DNA of 64,000 nucleotides from Camelus ferus (taxonomy: Eukaryota): positions 13,642,001-13,706,000 of the forward strand of contig NC_045696.1 of the NCBI RefSeq assembly GCF_009834535.1, written 5' to 3'. Numbering within the stretch: the first letter of the stretch is position 1; each line of letters opens with the position of its first letter. The position numbers were made by a program, and so were the translations under genes. The notes beneath the pieces were generated by a model. That model saw only the letters and a list, made by a program, of their open reading frames with translations. It was not told where the DNA came from and did not search any database. Positions 26,103 to 37,570 of this stretch are shown one piece after another.

Positions 26103-26932
26103 TTTTTCTTTTAAGAAGTTTATTTATTTATACAATATTGTAAACTGACTATAACTCAATTAAAAAAAAAAGTTTATTTATTTAGAGTAGTTGTAGGTTC
26201 AAAAAAAATTAAGAGGAAGGTACAGAGATTTCGCATATATCCTCTGTCCCGTGCGTGCATGGTCCCCACGATTATCAGCATCCGTCTCACCAGAGTGGTA
26301 CATTCATCACAATTCATGAGCCCTCATTAGGGTTCACTCTAGGTGGTATGCAGTCTGTGGGTTTAGACAAATGTATAATGACACATATCCATCATTATAG
26401 GGTCACACAGAGTATTTTCACTGACCTAAAAATCCCTCACACTTTACTTGTTCATCCTTTTCCAACCACTGATCTGTCTACTGCTCCATTGTATTTGACT
26501 TTTCCAAAAATTCACATAGTTAGAATCATGCAGTATGTAGCCTTTTCAGATTGGCTTCTTCCACTTAGTAACATGACTTTAAGGTTTCTTCATGTTCCTC
26601 CCTGGCTTCATAGCTCATTTCTTTTGAGCACCGAATAATTTCCTATTGGAGGTACCACAGTCTATTTATCCTTTTGCCTGCTGAAGGACACCTTGGTTGC
26701 TTCTGAGTTTTGACAATTACAAATAAAGCCACTATGAACATTTGTGTGCAGGTTTTTAAGTAGACCTAAGTTTTCTGCTTCCTTGGGTAAATATCAAGGG
26801 CATGATTGCTGCATTATATGGTGAGAGGATATTTAGTTTTGTACAAAATTGCTAAACTGTCTTCCAAAGTGACTGTACCACTGCTTTTCCATCAGCAATA
26901 AATGAGAGTTCCTGTTGCTCCATATCCTCAGT
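26103..26932 (-). mobile_element. L1MC1/2-like 3' end
   Basis: ttagagtagttgtaggttca...gtacagagattt...caccagagtggtacatt...cattagggttcactct, then L1 ORF2 C-terminal sequence (agagttcctgttgctccatatcctc). Confidence 0.88.
26131..26169 (+). mobile_element. Extremely 5'-truncated young L1 (about 30 bp plus poly(A)) with 15-bp TSD
   Basis: tacaatattgtaaactgactataactcaatt+A-run resembles the reverse complement of the L1 tail at about 3066-3097; flanked by aagtttatttattta at 26116-26130 and 26170-26184. Confidence 0.85.
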
Positions 26933-27189
26933 CTCATCTATTTTAATACCTTTCATTTTTTAGGCACCAAGATGAAAGACATTACATGTAGAACACAAAA
27001 AGCACAGGCAATTAAAATTAATTAAATCAATCAAAATAGTTAAAAAAATTTTTTTTAAATACCAAGGCAGAAAAAGCTTCGAAATTTTATTGTGTACCTT
27101 TTCCTACATACATGTGTATACACACATATTTATGTAAAATAAACCACACATATTTTGTACAGATTAATCTCATATATATTTTTATAAAA

Positions 27190-27375
27190 TGCTTTTTTTA
27201 ATGTAAACATCAATCACAATTTCCCCAATATGGCTACATGGCTTTGTATTTTATGAATATTTTAATTTACTTAAACATTTTTTTATGTCATTGGACACTT
27301 AGGTAGTTTCCAGATTTTGCCATTAAAAATAACTAACTCCCTTTCTAGCAACTTTTTTTGCACTTTACCCTAAAT
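27190..27375 (-). mobile_element. Old L1ME-like fragment
   Basis: ttggacacttaggtagtttccagattttgccattaaaaataa. Confidence 0.6.
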
Positions 27376-27679
27376 GTACACTTAGACTGATACTCTTAAC
27401 CATGACTGTGCATCAAAATTATTCTGCCTAATCATCTCTTTTCATGTTTTGAGACCAAAAATATTTCACCTTTTCTAGAGCGAATTCCTAGGCAACCCTG
27501 ACCCACTAGCCTAGAGAGAATTAAGAATGTTTTCCTATATGTTTCCGTAGACTTTTTATATATCCTTGAGAGATGCTGAGCCGTTTTTGAAAAGTATTAT
27601 TTCAATAACTATGCATTGTACTAAAACTGGTTTTAATCAGAAATGTGCATCAGAACATTACCCTTGTGGAGTTGAAAAA

Positions 27680-27777
27680 CACTTTCTGAGTTCTGATTTA
27701 GCTAAGAATGTAGAAAACTTTAAGAGAACATAACTTCCAACCTGACAATGAGACAAAGCTGGATAATTTACTAAATT

Positions 27778-27808
<31 letters not shown>

Positions 27809-28340
27809 AAGTTCATCAGAGAGCTGGTATCCCAAGGCAATCAAATGAGCTAGATTTCAGAGTGACAAGCCATTCCAAGGGATTATTAACACATGACTTG
27901 ATTCACGTCAAAAGCACATGAGGAAAAGGTGGCCATTATGGAAACTAAGAAAAGAAATCAGCGAAAATTTTAATAAACTCCTAAAGGCAAGTGTGACCTA
28001 GTGCTTCTATCTGGAATAGCTGAAAGTCTTAGGCACAAAGGGAGTTTGAATCCATTTCCAAGCTCTTTTGAAGGACTTTCGCCAAGCACTCAAACTGGGG
28101 CAAAGAGAGAGAGTCCCGTCAGTGGAATCTGTGTGCAAGTGGTGATTAGCGACCACTGGCAGACAGGAAGGGAACACTGCTCGCGTCCCCAGATCCTTTT
28201 CTAATGGGGAAGGGCATGAAACACTCCTATCCCCTGGATTTAAAGAGCCATTGCTTCTGTGCAGGGGACAGAGGTAAAACTCTCTAGAAGGAAAGAAACC
28301 CTCACAGGACCTGGATCCTACAGGAAAATGAAATTGAGTT
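27680..28340 (+). mobile_element. Old L1 5' UTR fragment (L1M4/L1MD-like) containing (TA)n at 27779-27800
   Basis: gaatgtagaaaac...ccaacctgacaatgagacaaagctggataatttac...catcagagagctg resembles ancient L1 5' ends. Confidence 0.55.
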
Positions 28341-28463
28341 CTTCTCCCTCTAGAAAGTGACAGAAAGTCTCTCTCTCGCTCTCTCTCTTTTTTTTTTTTT
28401 TCTTTTTTTTTTTCTTTTGTGATGGCAGTACTGTGTTGTCGATTTGAGTACAAAAAAATCAAT

Positions 28464-28851
28464 TATTAAAATGGAGGCAACAGGCCTCAAATGGAGTCAC
28501 TTGTGCTAAACCCCCTTTCAGCAAACCATGATTTAATGCTTAACCCAACTGCAGTTTCAACTTCCCCCAGGCATGGAACTTTGAATCAGTCAACCTGGAA
28601 TTGCCTGGTCAGCACAAGTGAGGTAATCCACTTGACAGACCCCTGCTGGAAGGGAGACCTTGCTTGAAACAATGCATTTTCTGCTCATCATTTCCTTTTT
28701 CCACCCTCTTTCTACCATTAAAACACTTTCCTTCCAAAACTCTGCAGATCTCCTTTCTGTTTGCTAGGTGGGATGCTGCCCAATTCATGAAGGTTTTAAT
28801 AAAGTCAATTTGATCTTTAAATTTACTCAGTTGAATTTTTATCATTTAACA
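28464..28851 (+). mobile_element. ERV1 solo LTR (MER34/MER39-like group) with 4-bp TSD
   Basis: Starts tattaaaatggaggc (TG mutated to TA), AATAAA at about 28798, ends tttaaca; CAAT duplicated at 28460-28463 and 28852-28855. Confidence 0.85.
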
Positions 28852-28956
28852 CAATCTATCCTAACTCTTAGAATACTTCTGTCCTGGTTTTTTTGTTGAA
28901 CTCTAAATTTTCAGTTCTGATGACTATTCTATGTTTTTTGATGTGCCATTTGAAAA

Positions 28957-28960
<4 letters not shown>

Positions 28961-29000
<40 letters not shown>
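28961..29000. repeat. (TG)20 microsatellite
   Basis: Perfect dinucleotide run. Confidence 0.98.
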
Positions 29001-29001
<1 letters not shown>

Positions 29002-29139
29002 CTATTAGCTGTGTATGTAGTCAAGAGGAGCTGTAAATATATAAAGACTGTATTGGTGAATTGATCCTTGCTTGTGAGCCTACCAGCAGCTAGTGTGGTG
29101 TATGAAAAATGACCTTAATGAAGAGTCTTTCTTTTCCAG

Positions 29140-29172
29140 GCCTTGTGTTTGAGAGCGATGCTGTGGCCCAAG
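29140..29172 (+). other. Candidate 33-nt microexon (unverified)
   Basis: Branch-like ccttaat, acceptor tctttcttttccag, donor AAG|gtgagg, length divisible by 3, two stop-free frames. Confidence 0.35.
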
Positions 29173-30561
29173 GTGAGGGTATCCTCACTTTAATGCCATC
29201 TTCTGTCCCAGAGGCCATTTTTGCTTTAGTTACCCCAACTGACATTGGAATAGACTCGATGTTTTATTCACGAAAGTAGATCTTGTGAATATAGCTCCCA
29301 ATACACCACAGAGAGAAAAATATTGTTACAATTGCACCTAAACTAATCTGTAGTTGTGCAACAAATTGACACACAAATTAAATGTTCACTGCTAATGCCT
29401 GCTTAACTTCATAATCATACTCCAGTTTGGAATTCTGGAAACATAATTAGTTTAGCTCAGATTAGCTCATCAAAGATTACTGAAAATTGCAATCTATCAA
29501 GTCTTCTATCCTTAAACAATATCTGTCACACCCAGCGAAGATTTTAAGGTTAAATCTGCAGCTATGTATCTATTTTTTTATGTTTTATTAGATTTAATGA
29601 ATTGCTAGGTACTTCTTGTCTCCTTGAGAACTGGTTTATCCCACTGGGGCATGTCTCCACCTCCTATGTTTCCTTCATTCTCTATGAGAAGTCATCCTTG
29701 TGCTGAAAAACTTCCTGTTTTCCATATGATTGATCTTTTAGGTGGTGGGGGAGTCCTCACTGAAACAGTGGTTAGAAAAATCACGCCCTTTCATCTTTGG
29801 TTTCATCTTCTGAGAGAAAGAAGAATTGAGCTATTTCACCAGCTGTTGTGAACTGTTCAAATTTCCTCTGGGATGAAAAAAAAAAAAAAAAAAAAGTTGC
29901 TTTCAAAGCTCTGAGGAGTGTAAAAAATGCTCCCAGGCTCAAGAAAGTAAATAAAAGGCAATGTAGACTCTCAAAGACTGCTCTGGGGGCCTGAGATAAA
30001 GTCTTAGTCACTGTGAGAATTACTGAAACAAAAACCTGTGGAAAATACAGACAAAATTGGAAAGAATATCTGTTAAATCAGCTTAAGTGTAGCAATACCG
30101 TTCATGACCCTAATGAAGTAAAAGATTGAAAATATATATATTTTGTCCGAATTCTTTCTAGAATCTGTGAGCTTGCAAGTTAAACATAGGAGTTACTGAT
30201 TCTTGAACCAGATTTATTAATATGGACTCCTAGACTTGCTCTTTAATCTCTGTTCATAGATTCCTATTTTCACAACAGGCTCTCACCTTATCTTTTAGAT
30301 TCTGAACTTGCCACTTCAAATCTATTCTGCATGCTCACATGAAAAATTAAAACATAAAAAAAAAATGGAAGGTACCGTTTTCATAACATTCTGTGGAGCA
30401 CAGGCCCCAAGATGACCTCCAACCTTCCCCCTCTTCTGGGAGTCACGCCCCTGTGTAGCCTTTCTCACAGTGACTTGTATTTATTCTGGGTAATTAGTAG
30501 TATATACAGCAGAAATGGTAGTTGTGTCACTTAGGAGATCAGACATTTGGAGGCGGGGAGG

Positions 30562-30704
30562 TCTTTTTATTTAATTATTTATGTATTTAATTGAGGTATA
30601 GTTGATGTCAAATATTATATAAGTTTCAGATGAACAGCATAGTGATTCACAATTTTTCAAGGTCATACTCCATATATAGTTATTATAAAATATTGGCTAT
30701 ATAT
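30562..30704 (-). mobile_element. Artiodactyl-type L1 3' end nested in the MLT1 LTR
   Basis: T-rich tail then aattgaggtatagttgatgtcaatattatataagtttcag...cagcatagtgattcacaa...aatattggctata. Confidence 0.8.
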
Positions 30705-30758
30705 GAGACTTGATTTTACAAGACTATTGTTTCCCCTTTGGGTGTAATCTCCTACTAG

Positions 30759-30895
30759 CTCTCTCTCTCTTTCTCTGTCTTCCTCTCCCTGTCTCTCTCT
30801 GTCCTCATCTGTGTCTCTGTGTGTCTGTCTCTACTCCTTCCTCCCTCTGTCTCTGTCTCTCTGTCTGTCTGTCTCTCTTTTTGTCTGTCTTTGCT
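30759..30895. repeat. (CT)n/(CTGT)n low-complexity tract
   Basis: Directly visible pyrimidine-rich repeats. Confidence 0.9.
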
Positions 30896-31557
30896 TGCTC
30901 TGGGGGAAGCCAACTACCATGTAGTGAGGACCCTCAGGTAGCCTGTGGGGAGGCCCACGTGTCAAATTCCTGAGCCCAGTAATGGGCTTGGAAACCAATC
31001 CTTCAACTCCAGCCAGGCTTTGAGATAAGACTACAATCCAGCTGACAATGTGGATGCAACCTGAGAGCTCCTGAGCTGGAACCATCCAGCCAAACCTCTC
31101 CCTGATCCCTCACCCTCCAAAATCTGAGAGAATAAATACACACTGTTCTAAGCTGCTAAGTGTGGAGTCATTTATAATATACGACTGATACAGATTTCTT
31201 AAAACAAACAACTTCGTGCCTCCCTATTTTCAACTTTCTTAACATTCAAATTCTCTACCTACTTCCATGCCCCTCCACATTATGCCTTACCTACTCTTTT
31301 AAGTCTACTTTGTTATTCACCTCATATGAGTGCTGTCAGACCAGAGTACTTACCCCCCAACTGCTAAGGCTCCATCCTCCTTAATTTTACCGATATCCCT
31401 TCTTCCATGCTAAAGTATCTTTCCTTCTAATTTTATCTTACTACTTAAATAAAGTCTAGCCTTTAAAATCAATGTCCTTCTTGAATTCTTCTAGAATTAA
31501 ACCAGATCATTCTAGTAACTTTTTTGTTTGACTCTGAGACAGTTAGAAATAAATCAT

Positions 31558-31750
31558 ATAGTCTTAGAATTCACCTGTGAAGCCATCTGGCTCTGGACTT
31601 TGGTTTGTTGGAAATATTTTTATTATCGATTCAGTGTTATTACTGGTATCAGTCTGTTTATGTTTTCTATTTCTTTACTGATTTAGTCTTGGGAGAGTGT
31701 ACATTTCTGATAATTTATCCATTTCTTCTAGGATGTTCATATTGGTTGTC
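31558..31750 (-). mobile_element. L1 ORF2 fragment (region between endonuclease and RT)
   Basis: Reverse strand corresponds to the decayed L1 ORF2 motif LEEMDKFL...LPRL...SPGPDGFTGEF (gaattcacctgtgaagccatctgg). Confidence 0.85.
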
Positions 31751-32090
31751 AAACTCAGATATTTTTTGGGAGTTCATCTTGTGGGTGCAGGTCCCAAGGG
31801 TGCCTGATGTGAGGTGCAAACCCCTTGCTCCTTAGGGATAAGCTCTGTATTTGGAAGACCCCTCCTGATTGTGAGTCACTGCACTGGGGGTGGGGCTTTG
31901 GCAAGCCCATGTCTCAGCCTCTTCTAACCATCTCAATGTGGCCCTTTTATTCTTTGCTATGGATGAGCTGTTCAGCTGGTTTTCAGGTCTTTTTCATAGG
32001 AAATTTTTCCACATGTAGCTATAGATTTGTTGTGTCCCTGGGTATAGATAAATCAGGGCCTTTCTATGCCATCATCTTGAACTGCCTCCC
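31751..32090 (-). mobile_element. L1 5' UTR start (laurasiatherian L1MA-type)
   Basis: Reverse strand reads gggaggcagttcaagatgatggcatag...ggacacaacaaatctatagctacat...gaaaaagacctgaaaaccagctgaacagctc. Confidence 0.75.
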
Positions 32091-32834
32091 TAAATTCAAT
32101 GTTTTACCCAAATAATGTGCACAAAAATTGATATTTATTGGCATGTTATATCTATTCAATAACACTAACATATCTAAAGAAAAAAGATACAAATAGAAGG
32201 TTCTCATTCACAAGGTACTTTGAAATAAAGAGTAGAGTACTGAACTCAGTACTCTAATTCAGCTTTGCTCAGGACAGAAGAAATCTTGATTTAGGTACAT
32301 CTTATATGCATTGCAAGTTTATCCCTTTATTGAAGGCTCTGTAGCCTTGAACCCTTTCACACTGTCTTAGGTGAGGACCTTTTGTCAATTCATCTAAATT
32401 CCTTTTCCTTTGTTTATGTTTAAAAACAAATAGCTTTTTATTTCGATTTTTATTTGACTTAATTCCTAGTCTATTTACCAAGATAAAGAGATAGACTGTG
32501 GCTAAGTAGGTGATGGAGAATTTGAGTTTTACTATTTTCTGAAAGTTATCTCACACTCAAACTGACTTTCTGATGTCTACTTTTTAAAAAATGTGTATTA
32601 GTGCATGAGTATTGCTTTCACTGTTTCTCAACTCTTTGAGAGAAATTAGCCTCTGGTGTCTTCAAAGAAGAAAACAAATTTTGCAATTTGACACTATCTT
32701 AAGTAATTGTTTCCCAACAAACTCAGCACTGTTTCCCTCAATAATAGAAACCCAACCCTTGGCAAACTTCTGTAGTGTAGTTGCCTTTTATAGTAATGCT
32801 CATATTACCTTTTGATGTATAATTGTCCATACAT

Positions 32835-32962
32835 ACACTTTATCTCCCCTACTGTTTTGTAAAGTGCTTGAGGGCAGAGATTTATGTCTTCTACCTCATT
32901 TTGTGAAGTGCCTGGCACACAGTGAGTTGCATATTGAATGTATTTAAGTTAAACTGAGCTGA
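32835..32962 (+). mobile_element. L2 3' end
   Basis: tctcccctactg...cttgagggcagaga...agtgcctggcacacagt. Confidence 0.75.
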
Positions 32963-34189
32963 TAAACTTCTTGGTGTCCCAGATCTAGTACTTAAGGCAG
33001 GAAGTGTCCTATAGGTGAGCGTAAACAAACACTCACAGCTTGGCTACTGAAGGAAAACTTTAACGAAAAGACGATTCTCATTGGCATGCCCTAAAGAGTA
33101 TTCCTCCCCTTTTCTCAACACGCTGTCCTGTTAAAATGAAGCATTTTCCCCTTGGGGCCCATGGAATAGCAAAACAGCATACTTAGTTGTAAGACAGTGA
33201 TGACTGCCCTTCAACTGTCTTGGCCCTGAAGGTTTCTCTCCTCTCTACAGAAGAACACGTGTGGTTCTAAGGTAGAAATGAAAGTAAATGCAAGGGATAA
33301 AATTTTAGGGTCTGTGTATTTATCTGCCAACCTGTTATTTTTGTTCCTATTGGGGAAATGACTTTTTGGCGAGGATTTATTTACTTCAACTTGGAACAAA
33401 TTATATAAGCGGGAACATTTATTAATATTAATATTAATAATATTATTAATAATGGATATATTCAAAGCGTTTTGCATAGTGTGGCTCTTAATTCATATCC
33501 AAAACCTCCCTCTGTTCTCCACTCTTCTACCTTGTCATTTGATGGTTTGAGACATGCTGCAGTGAGAAAATTACCCTAACCTTTACACCATTTTCCTCTG
33601 GGAACAGTATTTCAGATGGCTTTCTTGAAGTTCTAGAGCTTAAATCTGCTTTTATATCCTCTCTCATATTTAATGCAATGTCTTTTTTATTTTTAATCTC
33701 TCTTTTTCCCACTTTTTCATTTTACATATTTTCTACCTTAATATCAATTTTAAAGCATATCTTTTTGGAGAAACGGTAAATCTGTTTGTTTCTTTAAGAT
33801 TCAATTTTTGATTTAATTTATTTTAAATACTCCTACTTACTGCTTCATTTTTCTCTATAGACAAGCTGGGAATATTGGGCTTATCTCTGCTCCTTTTAAA
33901 CAATTTTAAGACTTTTTTTTTTCCCACTTATTACCTTCTATTTCCATTACAGGTGAAATTTCAATGACTCTCATCCTATGCTATCTTACTAAAAGTTAAT
34001 TTTGATTTTACTCAATATTTTTTGAGTTTCAAATTCCCAACAAAAGCTTTGACATGCACATACTTATGTACATTTATCAGATCAACTCTTGCTTTGTGAC
34101 GTCTGGATAGTACACAGGTAAAATTTTAAGAATCTTTCATTGTAGATTTCTGTCAGTATTTCTTTAACTATAGCATACATCTATTTCAT

Positions 34190-34300
34190 TTGGAAGATTT
34201 CTGGGTCCCCAAAGAAGGGATGCTGATTTAGTAGGTTGGTCTGAGATGGAGTCTAGAAACAGATGCTTTTTTAATCAGTATCCCAGGTCATTCTGATGAC
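34190..34300. mobile_element. MER5-family fragment
   Basis: gatgctgatttagtagg...tctgagatggagtctagaaac...cccaggtcattctgatg. Confidence 0.6.
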
Positions 34301-34469
34301 TACATGCATTGACATAGACTAATTATAAGGTACCCAAGAGAAAAATTCTATATTGAAAATCCTGGTACCTTCAATGAATATTAATCAAAGTATTCTACAA
34401 CTCTTTTTGTTTTACATAAACTTTTCAAAGAGCCTTTGAAATCTTGGAAAGGTTATTTGTATAATTTTT

Positions 34470-34720
34470 TGACAAGCAATAGTCTCTGTAAATACAATAG
34501 TCAAACAAATACAGCAAGAATCTTTGCCCTCATGGAGATTTAGTGAAGTGACATACTATAAACAAAATAAAATACTGAAATATATAATGCACTAGATGGT
34601 GAAAAATCCAAAGGAAAATAAATCAGGGAAGAATCAAGGAATTGAGGTCAAAATTATAGATCAGGAGGTTAGGCAAGGCTACCTGGGAAAGTGACCTTAG
34701 TGTTAACCCTAAAAGAAGTG
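34470..34720 (-). mobile_element. L2 fragment
   Basis: aatctttgccctcatggag...tagatggtgaaaa...aggcaaggctacctgggaaagtgac. Confidence 0.7.
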
Positions 34721-36529
34721 TGTTATTTTTAATAATGCTAGGGTGATGTTTGAAATACTTGGTTAAAAAAAAAAAAAAAAAAAGTGGCCTGGGCTTGCCC
34801 AGGTCTCTGACCGGGAGAGACTAGCTCCAACCCCATCCTCCCACTCACCATCCTCCTTTCTCTGACCTTTCCATGCCTACTCCAGAACTGAGTTCCTTCA
34901 TTGCATTTGGTTTCTTTGGTTATAAGGACAAGATACTGATGAGACTACCATCTTGTAGTTTATAAAATGAATGGGAGTCCAGGTCTACAGGACAAGACTC
35001 AGAAACAGACCAAGAACCAGGGCATTGGGATCACTTGAATTTCTCATCAGAGCCCTCTCTCTTGTAGAAATAAGCTTAATTACATTATTTCTCAGTTTAT
35101 TTGACACTCATCTCTACAGCCAAATTCGAACAAGGGCCATCTGACTATGCTCAAGCCACATGCATAGTCTTTGGCCATACTGGGGTACAACAGGGCAGCA
35201 CCTGGCACAAGGAATAGTTTATGCTCTTATGTAGGCAGAACCTCTAGATTTAGAAACACATCCAGCATGTACACAATGCAGGAGAGGCAACACCCACTAC
35301 AGTCATGATTCCCCCAGTTCTGCAGGCTCCACGTCAATATATCCCAGCACCTGGTTTAGTCTCATTTGCCACATTCTTTACGTCAGTGTGTTATATAAAC
35401 TTTTCTGTGCCAGCAGACTGCTGAAGATAATGAGATATACATCAAATGACTACTCTTACAGTAAATCCTGCTGGGAGAAACAACTTATGGTGTGAAATAC
35501 ATTTTCTCCTTCAAAATTTCTTCAGCTGTTTAGCTGGGCTCGAATGTTGCAGACAGGCAAACACCAACCTCCGTGATTGACATCTAGGGAACAGAATCCA
35601 TCCCGAGGGGAGAGTCGAGAAAATTGGACATAGTTGCCTATTTTAGACAAGAAATAGGAAAATAAATTAATAAGGGTTTTCAAATTGTGTGCCTCATCTT
35701 CTTTTTTGGAACTGACTAGAAAATTTCATTTGCTTTTATTTCGTGCACTTTGTTTTCCATAACAGTTTTCTGATCTCTGTGGCCTCTGCTTTCTCTGCAG
35801 TCGGCTTTGTGCAAAGCCCGTTCAGGTTCCCGCAGGAGCTTTTGCAGTAGTGGCATTTGCAGTGGGTGGAGACGGCATTTTTAAACATTTCTGGCTGTGC
35901 TGGAAAATAAGACATATGTATTGACATTTCCCATGTGAGCACAATAGCTCTTCTTTAATTCTGTATTGTAAATGCCACGTCTGTATTTAATTTTCTTTGA
36001 TTTTTCCTGGTTCAGTTCATTTCAATAATTTTCTTCTCTATTGAACCATCTTATCTTTATTTTTGGTTGTTTATGCTGGTATTTTTCCACAGACACATTT
36101 TTATGATTATATGTTATTTAATTTACATGCAGAGAAAAAGGAATTGAGTTGTTATACAATGGATTTGCTTTCGTGTCATAGGCATCTGTTTTAAAGCACA
36201 AACATTCTGGGAGAAATGCAAATATATTCAGATTTACTAATGTTCATAATCAAAGAAGTACTCTCTTTATTCAAACAAATGATTAGACATAAATACTGAA
36301 ATAAAAAGATTCATGTTATGAATTATCTGATTTTGACTCCCTGTCTGAAAATTAATTCAGTCATTCTGTTTGAAATCGATGTCCATAATCTCTGAGTGTG
36401 GATAGCAGGTGTTGAGACTTTGGGGGTACTAATTTGTTGACTTTCGAGATTGTGGAGGAAATTTTTCTGTTCTTAAGTATGTCTGTCCTCATCCTCTCTG
36501 AGAACCAAGATCTGTGAGATTCTGACTTG

Positions 36530-36699
36530 CCTCTGAAGCATCATGGACCACAGAATAAGCTTCTGCTGATTTTTTAGACACAAAATACCTGAGCCCTACT
36601 CAGAACATAATGAATAATAATATCTGAGTCTTAATTTCTACATTAAAAAAAAAGAAAACCTCAGATGAATCTTATGTTCTCTACAGTTTGAGAACTACT
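36530..36699. mobile_element. MER5-family element
   Basis: aaaatacctgagccctactcaga...ctcagatgaatcttatg...agtttgagaactact. Confidence 0.55.
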
Positions 36700-36799
36700 T
36701 ATAAATAGACCTTATTTCCCTATAGCTGATAACAGTTAATCTCCAATTTCAGATACTTTTCTTGTCTCCAGAACACATCCTGAGTCACCTTAAAAACAG

Positions 36800-37570
36800 T
36801 AAACATACAATAGGGAAAAGATAGTCTCTTCAATAAATGATGCTGGGAAAACTGAATATACACATGCAAAATAGAATGAAACTGCACACCTATGTTACAC
36901 CACTTGTAACAACTAATGAAATAGATTGAAAACTTAAACTTAAGACCTGAAATCATAAAATTCCTAGAAGAAAACATGGGGGAAAAGCTTTTTGACATTG
37001 GCTTTGGAAGTAAATTTTTGGATATGATTCCAAAATCACAGCCACCAAAAGCAAAAATAAACAAGTGGTACTACGTCAAACTAAAATGTTTTGTCACAGC
37101 ACAGGAATCATCAACAAAATGGAAACAGAAGAGGAGAAAATATTTGCAAATCATATATCTGATAAAGGGTTAATATCTAAAATATGTAAAGAACTCATAC
37201 AACTCAGTAGCAAAAAATCCAATTAAAAAATGGTCAGAGGATCTAAATAGACATTTCTCCAGAGAAGACACATGTCTCCTGGCCGATGTGAAAAGATGCT
37301 CAACATCACTAATTATTAGGGAAATGCAAATTGAAATCACAATGAGATAATAACATCTCACACCTGTTAGAATACCTATCATCAAAAAGACAAGAAGTAA
37401 CAAGTGTTGGTGAGACTGTGGAGAAAAGGGAGTTAACGCTGGGAAGTGATGGATATGTTAATTAACTTGATTGTGATCATCATTTGCAATGTCTATGTAT
37501 ATCAAATTGTCACTTTAAGTAACATACAATTTTGTTTGTTATTCCTCCATAGAACTGGAAAAAAAAAAAA
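36800..37570 (+). mobile_element. L1MA-like 3' ORF2 fragment plus 3' UTR end and poly(A), internally deleted
   Basis: aaaagatagtctcttcaataaatgatgctgggaaaactg (decayed KDSLFNKWCWENW), aagatgctcaacatcactaattattagggaaatgcaaat, and tail gtgatggatatgttaattaacttgattgtg. Confidence 0.92.

Larger units (their letters stand above)
30392..31192 (+). mobile_element. MLT1E/F-like ERVL-MaLR solo LTR interrupted by an L1 tail and a (CT)n-rich expansion
   Basis: tgtgg...ccccaagatgacctccaa...gctctgggggaagccaactaccatgt...aagctgctaagtgtggagt...actgataca. Confidence 0.85.

Noticed and set aside
28007..28462. 151-aa ORF with K/E/R-rich stretch
   Set aside because: The charged stretch is the translation of poly-T/(CT)n, and the rest is antisense to an old L1 5' UTR.
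33417..33452. AT-only palindromic run attaatattaatattaat
   Set aside because: Low-complexity sequence in which self-complementarity is trivial.
34711..34786. Short segment plus A19 with aagtg on both sides (orphan retroposed insert?)
   Set aside because: The apparent TSD is short and A-rich, and the L2 does not clearly resume afterwards.
36976..37173. ORF with L1 ORF2-like peptide
   Set aside because: Fragment of a dead L1 with stops and frameshifts, not a gene.
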